A DNA stretch of 64,000 bases. It comes from Octopus vulgaris (taxonomy: Eukaryota). This document shows, piece after piece, positions 52,545 through 64,000 of the stretch (position 1 is its first letter; each line of letters opens with the position of its first letter). The stretch spans positions 7,254,001 to 7,318,000 of the forward strand of contig OX597830.1 of assembly GCA_951406725.2 (NCBI GenBank), read 5' to 3'. Below the pieces are notes generated by a model. The model was not told the DNA's origin. It ran no database searches and worked only from the letters and a program-made list of their open reading frames with translations. Made by a program: the position numbers and the translations under genes.

Positions 52545-53249
52545 TAATAAAATGCAGACGGCTAGCTAGATGGATTCTCCGAACTTTCAGAACAAGGGAG
52601 AAGGAGACACTGATGGTCCTTTGGAAAACATTCAGCCTCAGCCACTCGGACTACTGCTCCCAACTTTGGTCACCACACAATATAAAACTAACAGCAGAAC
52701 TCGAAGCAATTCAACGAAGCTACACTAAGAAGATCGTCTCAATGCAACATATCAGCTACTGGGAAATACTGAAGGTATTAAAACTCTCCTCCCTGGAGCG
52801 AAGGCCGGAGAGATGTGCAGTGATATACATCTGGAAAATCTTGGAGGGTCTTGTCTCAAACTTTGGCATTCAAAGTTACCCCAACAGCAGAACGGGGCGC
52901 CATTGCATGGTGCCAAAGATACCAACATCACAATCAAAATACAGGACCAGATACTGCAACAGCTTGGGTTTCAGAGGACTACAGCTCTTCAATATCCTTC
53001 CTAAATGCCTGAGAGACTTGCATGGTGTGGATATGGGTTTCTTTAAAATTAAACTGGATCTCTTCTTGTCGGTGGTCCCAGATGAACCTACCTCACGGCA
53101 GGAGACACAGATGCGGGCAGCGGCATCGAACTCCCTTGTTGATCAAGTACCACGAATCAGAGGTGGTTTCACATCCTACTGTAGCTCATTCAACGGTGGT
53201 ACCCCAGCATGGCCGCAGCCTTCGGGCTGAAACATTTTAAAGGATTTAA

Positions 53250-53253
<4 letters not shown>
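52541..53253 (+). mobile_element. CR1-clade LINE, 5'-truncated 3' end, inserted in (TA)n
   Basis: Uninterrupted 229-codon frame with WILRTF, DYCSQLWSP, LEAIQR, LSSLERR, LFNILP, FKIKLDLFL..VPDEP, then a 3' stem-loop and a (TTTAAGGA)-type tail. Confidence 0.92.
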
Positions 53254-53314
<61 letters not shown>

Positions 53315-54371
53315 GATACATATATGTAAAACAAGTTAGAAATTACGGTCATTAGATATTTTTCCTTTATTGGACCAAATTTGGCTTACAGTTGTTTCCA
53401 GTAGTCAATATAAGTACATCACTAATAGGTTTACTGAACTGGTCTATTTCAAAGGAACAAACCTAACTATACCAATAAACCCACGGTTAGCTCTTTTTGT
53501 GTATATAAATATACGTACATAAATGTATATGTATGTATGTATGTAGGTACGTATGCATGTATGTATGTAAATATGTATATGTGAATAAATTTATGCACAG
53601 ACACCCACCCACCAACACATATATACAAACGTAAATTTATATAAACACACGCACACACACCTATATGTATATATATATGTGCGTGCATGTCTGCGTGCGT
53701 GTGTGTATGTGTGTATTTATATATATCATTAATTAATTTATTTGCTAATGAAAATCTTATTTCCTTTTCCCTTTCTTCTGTCATTGCTCTACCTATTCTT
53801 CTCTTCTCCCACTCCAAAGCACATCCAAACGCACCATTCTTCTTTTTGCAAAGTTCTTTCAATTTTCTTAGAATATCCGTCTTGTATTTGGTAATAACAA
53901 AATAAAATAATAAAAAATGGAATTAGTCAAGTGTTTCATTGTTTCTACAGAGAATGGCTTTAGTATTGAAGACTAAGAGAAGAATCATTCCAATTCCGTC
54001 CAATTTTCAGACGATTCCTCATTCTTCTGCAACAAAAATACGACCATTATTCTAAGCATACGTCTTTGTTACTTTCTCAAGCGCAGCCCGGCAAATCTAG
54101 TGAGTTGGCGGGAAGTTAACATGGCTTCTTGCCAATCTCTTTCTGGAACCGTCAGTAGAATTATATAGCTCGGATATATATCTAGTTCTAAACTTTTTTG
54201 TTTATTTTTATGTCTCCTATCAAATGTCGAAGTTCGTATCCCGGCCAAGATGCTTTTGTCACATTCCAATCCAAAAGAGAAAATAAACCACAAGAGAAAA
54301 ATTGTATTTTTATTTCTCAACAATGGCTATCACGGTAATGGAGGAATAAAGAATGCCTTTTAAAGACTTCA

Positions 54372-54535
54372 TTTTTTTATCTGTTATTTGTTTCTGTCAT
54401 TAGACTGCGGTCATGCTGGAGCACCGAGGAAATCCCTAGTTGAATTAATCGAGCCCAGGATTCATTAAGCGTGGTACTCCTATCGGATAGTTTGGCCGAA
54501 CCGCTAAGTTACACATCACGTAAACACATCAACAC
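54372..54535 (-). mobile_element. SINE family B 3' half
   Basis: GTCATTAGACTGCGGTCATGCTGGAGCACCG...GCCGAACCGCTAAGTTAC. Confidence 0.8.
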
Positions 54536-54580
54536 ATACATACATATGTATGTACATACACACATAAATACACATAAATG

Positions 54581-54628
<48 letters not shown>

Positions 54629-54647
54629 ATATATCTAATTGCAAGTG

Positions 54648-54686
<39 letters not shown>

Positions 54687-54695
54687 TATATCCAC

Positions 54696-54737
<42 letters not shown>

Positions 54738-54781
54738 ATATGCATGTGTGTATATATATATGTATCTATCTATCTATCTAT

Positions 54782-54839
<58 letters not shown>

Positions 54840-54861
54840 CGCTTTATTTTGAGCTTTTTTT

Positions 54862-55088
54862 ATGTAGACCTGGCTGTGTGATAAGAAGTTGGCTCCACAT
54901 GGATCCGGGATCTTTGACACTCTACGGCATTGGGGTAATTTTGGTCAAAACATTGTATGAAAACTGAAAGAAGCCTGTCATGTTATATATATATATATAT
55001 ATACATGAAAACTGCCACAATGCCGTGGAGTGCGAAAGATCTCGGATCCATGTGAAGCCAACTTCTTATCACACAGCCAGGTCTACAT
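54862..55088. repeat. Local inverted duplication of a SINE B head
   Basis: Arms 54862-54942 and 55008-55088 are reverse complements with a handful of mismatches. Confidence 0.92.
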
Positions 55089-55603
55089 TAAAATTTTTTT
55101 TAAAAATAAAGCAATATATCTGTAACTGGCAGAAATCCTATCGTCCTATAGCGGTGGTGGCACCATTTCAAATTTTGAATTGAAGGTAAGTTAAGCTACC
55201 TTCCGTTCCAGGTCGAATATCGAAAACTATTGACGGCAAACAAAAGCGAAAAACGAAACGAGAACAAACAACGTCATCGAAACTTTTTACCGACGACGCA
55301 GCAAGTGGCGGAACTGCTTGCTGCTTGCTGCACATGTGACTCGGTATAGAAAGGGGACGGCTGTACTGTAAGGGGGCAGGGATGCGAGGGAGCAGTCGGG
55401 AAGGGGTTCGGGTAAAGAATATAAACATTGAGATTTTGTGGAGCGATTATAATTGAGAGATGAATGAATGAGCCTGGCATCGCTAATTAGCGATTCAGGA
55501 TAAAAAACTGAGGAACGCAAAACAGAAAAATGACACGAAAATATATTCATTTATTTATTATATTTCCTTATTACTGATCATTTTATTCTTGTTCAATTTA
55601 TTC

Positions 55604-55880
<277 letters not shown>

Positions 55881-56227
55881 GTTCTTCGTTATATTTCAGA
55901 TGACGGCTCCGGAAGTTGATGCCGGTTTTTAGATTATGTCATTGAAGAGAGTATGAAGAGACAATACGATGAATGACGTTGATGAATATGCAAATAAATA
56001 AATAATTAAACGAATAAATGAACGGGATTAGAATGAAGAATAATAAAATGGAATGACAGAATCGAAGAAAACTGTTTAAGAAAGACAACGATGAAATACT
56101 AAATAGAAAATAATGAACTTTCATCATTTCGAAATTTCATCTTCGAAGTATAACCAAAATGGCAGAAAATACAATCATGTATATATGCTCACATATATAC
56201 ATTTATAAATGTATATAGACTTTTGTT

Positions 56228-56284
<57 letters not shown>

Positions 56285-56331
56285 ATGTGTGAGTGTGCAT
56301 ATGTATATATATATATATATATATGTATGTG

Positions 56332-56364
<33 letters not shown>

Positions 56365-56406
56365 GCACACACATATATATATATATACACACATATATTC
56401 TTTTTT

Positions 56407-56775
56407 CTTTTACTCTTTTACTTGTTTCTGTCATTTGACTTGTGGCCATGTTGGAGTACCGCCTTTAGACGAGAGAAATCGACCCCAGGACTTATTCTTT
56501 GTAAACCTGGCAGAGGGGTTGTTTCCCTACCATCACTTGGTTGTCAAGCGATGGCAGGGAAACACAGACACACAAGCACACACACAAGCACACACACACA
56601 CACACACACATACACATACATATACACGATGGGCTTCTTTCAGCCTCCGTCAAACAAATCTACTCACAAGTCTTTGGTCGGTTCGAGGCACCTGCCCAAG
56701 GTGCCACATAGCGAGACTGAACCCGGAATCATGTGGCTGGGAAGCAAGCTTCTTACCACACAGCCACATTGCGCC
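56407..56775 (-). mobile_element. SINE family B, near full length
   Basis: TTTTACTCTTTTACTTGTTTC tail through CTTACCACACAGCCAC...GCGCC head. Confidence 0.9.
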
Positions 56776-56890
56776 TATATATATATATGTGTGTGTGTAT
56801 GTATACATATACATATATATGCATGTATGTACCACGTCCTCACGTTAATTTTTTCGTGTTTGTTCTTCATTTGGTTTTTGGGCGGGGTGG

Positions 56891-56950
<60 letters not shown>

Positions 56951-56974
56951 ATGTATATGTATATATATGTATAC

Positions 56975-57031
<57 letters not shown>

Positions 57032-57431
57032 CATATACATATATATATGTGCATACATACATGCACGCATACATTCTCACATACTTACATATATATTTTC
57101 ATCGTGAGAGAGATATCGATAGAACCACCCCCACTTTTTAACCACACACACACACACACATAAACACACGTACGCAAACGCACACACATACACCTCCGCT
57201 CACTTCACACATACCTACTCACAATAACTATTTAAGCATTCTTTAGAAAAACATGTTTTTCTTCATTACAACCAAGAAAACATTTTCCCTTTATGAAATA
57301 TTTTGAATATCTTACGCTTATCACGTGAGAGTTATAATTATTCTGTTATTCAAGTGTTTTTCTGCTTTTTTTTTCTTTCGCTCTCTCTCTCAGACTTTTA
57401 TTCTTTTATTCCATCTTTATTCCATCCATAT

Positions 57432-57572
57432 CGTTCTTAGTTCAAATTCTGCCGAGGTCGATTCTGTGTTTCATCTTGTCGGGGGTCGACGAAATAAGCA
57501 CAATTCAAGGACTGAAGTTGTTGTAATCGTGTAGTCCCCTCCCCACAAATTTCAGGCCTTTAGTAGAAAGGA

Positions 57573-57663
<91 letters not shown>

Positions 57664-57764
57664 CATAAGCTAAAGCAGTGAAAACTCCGAGCAACCCCGG
57701 GCAAGATACTTTGCGGTATTTCGCTACGTTTTAAGTTCAAATTTCAGGCCTTTAGTAGAAAGGA

Positions 57765-57849
<85 letters not shown>

Positions 57850-58057
57850 CATAAGCTAAAGCAGTGAAAACTCCGAGCAACCCCGGGCAAGATACTTTGC
57901 GGTATTTCGCTACGTTTTAAGTTCAAATTCCACCGAGGTCGATTTTGCCTTTCATCTCTTCAGTGTCAATAAATTAAGTACCATTTGCGTACTAGGATCG
58001 ATTGAATCGACTGGCCCCACCCCGACAATTTCAGGCCTTGTGCCTATAGCAGAAAGG

Positions 58058-58060
<3 letters not shown>
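57432..58060 (+). mobile_element. SINE family A copies with (ATT)n tails and a ~190-bp local tandem duplication
   Basis: The unit CAAATTTCAGGCCTTTAGTAGAAAGGATC(ATT)n...CGCTACGTTTTAAGTT occurs at ~57546 and ~57738. Confidence 0.88.
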
Positions 58061-58096
<36 letters not shown>

Positions 58097-58097
<1 letters not shown>

Positions 58098-58638
58098 GTG
58101 AGCGAGCAGAGCATGCCATCAAAGTGACACTGGGGTAAAATATACGAAGCCCAGTATACCCATCATGACTACCCGTCTGATAAGGGTACACCAGGCACAT
58201 GCATCACAACCATATGTGCGCGATATGGTGATCTCATATCAAGATAAACAGCACATGACCTTGCAGGTGGAGCCCAGTTAGAATTTTCTTCAGTTTGAGT
58301 AACCCATCCCGCTCAAAAGGTCCCTGAATAAGGGTTGTTTAAGGACGTTGAACGAAATACCCATGTTTCCAGAGGTGAATTATTCAAACCCCAAAGAATC
58401 CTTCTCAACACATGGCTATGATGCTCCCCCACTACTTCTGCTCGTGATCAGAGATGCACATATCGTCAGCCACTAAGGGACATGCTCAACTGGTTAAGGT
58501 CAAACAACTGACAAGCAAATCTGTGGTATTGAGCAGAATATTTGCTGTAGCCCATCTTTTATACCAAGACAAATCAATGTACACGATAACACTTCAAATC
58601 AGTTAAGATCAGAAGCCATGAGAACCATTGCCTGGTAC

Positions 58639-58639
<1 letters not shown>
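58097..58639 (-). mobile_element. ~540-bp interspersed element embedded in (TTA)n; possibly the 3' UTR of a (TAA)n-targeting LINE
   Basis: Complex non-coding sequence with pure (TTA)n on both sides. Strand and class are inferred. Confidence 0.5.
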
Positions 58640-58702
<63 letters not shown>

Positions 58703-58704
58703 CA

Positions 58705-58766
<62 letters not shown>

Positions 58767-58788
58767 GTTGTTGTTGTTGTTGTTGTTG

Positions 58789-58832
<44 letters not shown>

Positions 58833-58930
58833 AATTAATAATAATAATAATAATAACAATATTAATTATTATTTTTAATAGTAGTAGTAGCAGTAGTAGT
58901 AATAGTAGTAGTCGCAGCAGGAGCAGCAGT

Positions 58931-59242
58931 GGAAGCACAATGGCCCAGTGGTTAGGGCAGCGGACTCGCTGTCGGTGAATCGCAGTTTCGATTCCCAGAC
59001 CGAGCGTTGTGTGTGTGTATTGAGCGAAAACACCGGCAGGGGGTGGTGGCGACCCCTGTTGTACTCTTTCGCCCCAACTTTCTCTCACTCTTTCTTCCTG
59101 TTTCTTGTCCCCGACTTGCTACGTAACCTCTGAGCCTGGATGCGCATTCATCCATCCGTCGATGCTTTCGGTGTCGGGGGTTGACCTGCTTTCTCTTCTG
59201 CGGGTCTTACGAATAGCAAAAGGACCACGCTTCGGACCGCTC
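58931..59242 (+). mobile_element. tRNA-derived SINE (third family)
   Basis: TGGCCCAGTGGTTAGGGCAGCGGACTCG (A box)...GTTTCGATTCCC (B box), followed by a non-tRNA body. Confidence 0.75.
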
Positions 59243-59245
59243 AAC

Positions 59246-59297
<52 letters not shown>

Positions 59298-59299
59298 GC

Positions 59300-59378
<79 letters not shown>

Positions 59379-60375
59379 TCGTTGTTATTGTTACTATTAT
59401 TTTCGTCTTGACTCAAGATTGGTATTATTTTTCTTAGAATCTATGAATAACTTTGAATATTCGCATGGTTCCTGGAAGCCATCAAGTGCTGAAATCTCCT
59501 CAGATGATCTTTTCTGTTGTTAAGAGGGAAAAACCTACTACAGAAATTCTACAGGACACTCCATTCCAGTTGCCATTATCTATTTGTCTGTCATCGCTCA
59601 CAGTCCCTACTTCACCAATCATCACCATCGTCATCGTCATCATTGTCAATATCATCATCATCATTATCATCACCATCATCGTTTTTGTCGTTGGCGTCTT
59701 CGTTGTCGCCACCATGATCAAGAACAACTACAGCATTACCAGCAACAGAGTCTCCAAAGAATTAGTCTCCAAAACCGGGATAGATTCCTATTGAAATCCT
59801 CTTCGTTTCTCTTCTCCTCTTCTTCTCTTAATTATTTGACAAAGTCAAGAAAATCCGAACACGCGGACCCCTCCCACCGGCTCCACATAACAATATGCAG
59901 ATCTTGGTTGGTTGCAAGCGATAAAGAAAGAGAGAAAAAAGAAAAACCCAAAAAAGCTAACGAAAACATCGCACGAAGCAGAACAGCAACAATGCTGCAA
60001 AAAGAAAAAAAGAACAGTTAAAAAAACAGAACAACGAAAAACGAAGAACAAAATGTAGACGAAAAGAAAACCGTGACTTTTACGTCAATTGCTGTTTTCA
60101 GCAATTTTCAATAGGGTATCTTAAAATCTGCACTTTATGCTTGTGTGTGTATATGTGCGTGTAAGAACGTGTACCTGTATATAGATGTATATGTTTTTTT
60201 GTGAATGTATGTTTATATGTCCGTATATGTGTATGTGCGTGCTTACGTAAGTATATGCGTACGGTATGTACGTACAAGTATGTGCACGATTAGGTAGAGA
60301 TGCAGGTGCGTAGATAAGCATATATAGTACGTGTGTGTGTGTGTATGTTCCTATGTGTGTACATATATAATATAT

Positions 60376-60430
<55 letters not shown>

Positions 60431-60636
60431 GTTTGTATATATATATATATATATACACACACTGATATATACATATATATATACTTATATACACACATAT
60501 ATGCATATACATACATAAATATGTGTATGTGTGTATGTATGAAACATTTCCATTTATGCATACATTTATATGTGTACCTGCACACATATATGCATACATG
60601 TGCCTATATATGTTTGTTTATGTCTTTATAAACATT

Positions 60637-60691
<55 letters not shown>

Positions 60692-62316
60692 GCATACAAG
60701 TATGTATATCTATATCTATATATCTATCTATCTAGCTATGTATTTCTCTCTATATATCTCTCTCACTATATATATATATATGTATGTATATATATATATA
60801 TGACGTTCATATACATTCTCTCACAAGTGCAGTTAGGTATGTGTTTGTGTATGTGCATTTATACATATATACATATCTACACACACACACATATATATAT
60901 ATATATACATATATATATATGTGTGTGTGCGTATATACACGTGTATCATCTGTGTGAGTATATGTGTGTACATGAGCATGAAGATGTATTGATCTGTTTG
61001 TTTTCCAGCGTTAGTCTTTGTTGCGTTGTTTTAAATGAAATCCGAACCGTTTGGTTTATCCCCACATTTTGTTCTTATGTTTATTGTTGCGCAGTGTGTC
61101 TGTCTCTCTTCCCCTCGCTCTATCTCTTTATCTTCCTCTGTCTCTCTGTTTGTCTCTCTCTTTCTTTCTCTGTCTCTCTGTTTGTCTCTCTCTTTCTTCC
61201 TCACTCCCTTTCTTTTTGTTTTGTTATGTTTTCGACTTAAATTAGAAAAGTGCATTGTTTTTCTTGATATCTTTTTCTTGTCTCCATTCGGTTGTTTTGA
61301 ACTTGTATACCTGATCTCTCTCTTTCTTTCTCTCTCTCTCTCACACACACGGACGCATATGCACACACACACACGCACGCATGCACACACACGCATACAC
61401 ACGCACACACACATCATACACATACAAATACTTGGTGATGCGAGGCGAGAAGACTTTTATTTTCTGAAATAGTTTCGGTTTATATTTGTGTTCAAGACGT
61501 TACAAGATGTTAGTAATAATGCGTAGCTATATGTGCAAGCGTGTGTGCATCCGTGCGTACTGTGTGTATATATACGTACGTGTATATATGTGTGTGTTTA
61601 TTTATGGAGAGGTGTATGTGTATAAATGCCAGTGCATTTGTCGATGTGAACGTCGTTGTGTATGTGTCGGAATGCGTGTATGTGTGTGCGCATGTGTACG
61701 TCTCTGTTGTGTGTGTGTATGCACGTGTGTATTTGCATTTGTGTGTTTATTTGTAAATATATATATATATGTGTGTGTTTGCATTTGTGTGTGCGTATGT
61801 GTGTATATATGTGTGTGTGTGTATGTGCGTATATGCATGTATGTGTATATACGTGTGTATGTGTATATATGCGTGTGTGTGTGTGCGTGCGTGTAAGTGT
61901 GTGCATGTATATATGTGTATGCGTGTGTATATATGTGTGTGTATATGTGTATGTGTATATATGCGCGTGTGTGCGTGCGTGTATATGTGTATATATGCAT
62001 GTGTGTGTGCGTGTGTGTGTATGTATGTGTATGTGTGTGAACATAAATGTATTTCGGTTGTTTTGTTTGTTTGCCTTATAAAAGAAACTCTGAATGACGG
62101 ATTTGAGTAAAAAAACAAAGAGGAGAATAGAGGGAGAGAAAGAAAGAGAGGAAAAGCGAGGAAAAGAAAGAAAGAAAGAGATCGGAAGAAAAAGAAGAAG
62201 GAAAAACGAGAGCATGGGAGGCGTCGGTGTAGATGAAAACGAAACTCAACAGAAATGAATGAAAGAACGGTTTGTAGATGAAAGAATGAAGAAAGAATTT
62301 GAGGAAGACAGTTATA

Positions 62317-62354
<38 letters not shown>

Positions 62355-62574
62355 TGGTTATGGATGGATAGACAGACAGATAACGACAGAGAGGTGGGAG
62401 AGTAAGATTGCATGGATGTGTGTGTGAGAGAGAAAGAGAGAGAAAGAGAGAAAGAAAGGTGGCTAAAAGAATAAGGCACAAATTGACCGCAGAGCTAAAC
62501 CTTCATCTTCCTAACCCCTTGCCAACTAATCTCCATATACCTGGGTAACTTCCTGTCCCAAACGATATTTGTTT

Positions 62575-62778
62575 CAGATTTTGGTACGAAACCAGCTATT
62601 TCTGATGCTGTGGTGGGTAAGTCGATTAGAATGACACCATTTCTGAACTAGTAGTTATTTTATCGACCCTGAAAGGATAATAGGTAAAGTCGACCTCGGC
62701 GGAATTCGAACTCGGAACGTAAAGGCGGACGAAATACCACTGATCATTTTCCCACACGTGCTAACGTTGCTGCCAACT
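62575..62778 (-). mobile_element. SINE family A
   Basis: TTTTATCGACCCTGAAAGGAT...AAAGTCGACCTCGGCGGAATTCGAACTC...CGTGCTAACG. Confidence 0.85.
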
Positions 62779-62799
62779 TTTACGAATTCCTGTCCCAAT

Positions 62800-63439
62800 G
62801 AATATTCATTAGGAGAAGAAAATAGTGCCTATCCTATCAGAAGTGGTCAATAGTTTATAATGGAACAATTTCTTCACCATTCACCCTTTTTCCCACTTTG
62901 GCCGAGTTTATATCTGGAAACAGTCCAAATGAGTTCTTCAGCTCTGACTGTTTGGCTCCGATCGTAAAACATGGAGGTGTCTCTGCAATATTTAGGCAGC
63001 CATATCGGGTAAGTCCCTTGCTTCTGTAGTTCTTCTACATGGCTGCGAGAATTTTGGCTTTTAACGTACATCCTAGTGTACAAACATCGTTCTTTTCCAG
63101 GACGGTAATTCGCTGATTCGCAAGGCTGATGTCATTCAAAATTAGTATGAATAGCACAGAAGCTAAGTAGACCATTTGTATCAGCCCCTGCAATCATCGG
63201 ATCTCAATATAATCAAATAGTTATGGTGTGTTTTGGAGAAGCAGTTGAAACGGCGTTTCCCTCATCCATCGTCATTGAGTTATGGGACAAAATTCACCTA
63301 AAATCCATTCAGAATTTGCACAGATCACTTCTTTGATGTATTAAAGTTGTGGTTGATGCTAAAAGTTGATCAAACTCCGAATTAAATGACAGAATTTTTA
63401 TTTAATGAGGTTGTTCCTTTATTTCGTGTAACCTCTATA
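62800..63439 (+). mobile_element. Tc1-family transposon 3' half, decayed
   Basis: SPFTLFP, DCLAPIVKHGG, FQDGNS, QSSDLNIIK*LW..LEKQL, ELWDKI...IQNL; right TIR-like GGTTGTTCCTTTATTTCGTGTAACCTCTATA. Confidence 0.85.
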
Positions 63440-63539
63440 GCTTTGTGCATATATATGTGTGTATGTGTTTCTATCTCTCCCTCTCTCTCTCTCTTCCTCT
63501 ATCTCTCCCTCTGTCTGTCTGTTTCTCTCTCCCTCTCTT

Positions 63540-63571
<32 letters not shown>

Positions 63572-63819
63572 TCTCTTTCTCTCTCTCTATAAATATATAT
63601 ATATATATATATATATGAAGAAAATAATGTGACATTGAGAGCGAAATAGAGAGAAAAAGCGAGAGAGCGCGTTTACCTGAGAGGGTATAACGTGACGAAA
63701 AAACTGAGAATGAAAGCGATAGAGAGAGAGAGAGAGAGTGAGAGAGAGAGAGAGATAGAGTGTGTGTGTGTGTGTGTGTGTGGTGTGAGACAGAGAGAAA
63801 GATAGAGAGAATATAGCAT

Positions 63820-63853
<34 letters not shown>

Positions 63854-64000
63854 CACTCAGTAAATGACTAAGAGAAGCAAGAGAGAAAAAGAGAAGAGAT
63901 GGAGAGAAAACTGGGGTATGTAAAAAGAAGCTTGACAATAAATAGTGAGAGAGAGAGAGAGAGTGACAGAGAGACAGATAAACAAAAGAGAGAGAGAGAG

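Noticed and set aside
58931-59005. tRNA gene
   Set aside because: A/B boxes are present, but there is no proper acceptor stem and a SINE body follows; the same applies to the SINE A and B heads.
59437-59523. Possible terminal exon (acceptor TTTTCTTAG, then SMNNFEYSHGSWKPSSAEISSDDLFCC*)
   Set aside because: No recognisable homology and no phase-compatible upstream exon found.

Overview
Eukaryotic, AT-rich, extremely microsatellite-dense window with no host protein-coding exon I can support. The SINE families and repeat landscape resemble an octopus (coleoid cephalopod) genome; this is pattern recognition, not a database result. It reads as intron or intergenic DNA, and nearly all ORFs in the supplied track are translations of simple repeats. 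Real content: decayed transposons (mariner, Tc1, an R4/Dong-type LINE, CR1 and RTE LINE 3' ends, a Mag/K02A2.6-like Gypsy with one LTR, a Penelope-like GIY-YIG fragment, a piggyBac-type MITE, a Helentron-type HINE); over 30 copies of two tRNA-derived SINE families (called A and B here); and a few unique-looking islands rich in TF motifs. Best leads: (1) a SINE B / CR1 LINE shared 3' tail with a covarying stem-loop; (2) minimal Penelope-type hammerhead ribozyme motifs and short (TA)n-embedded inserts capped by near-perfect hairpins; (3) a recent ~580-bp inverted duplication across a mariner/LINE junction; (4) several local fold-backs and inverted SINE pairs that would give dsRNA if transcribed. 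I did not find a clearly new protein-based system. All alignments were made by eye.
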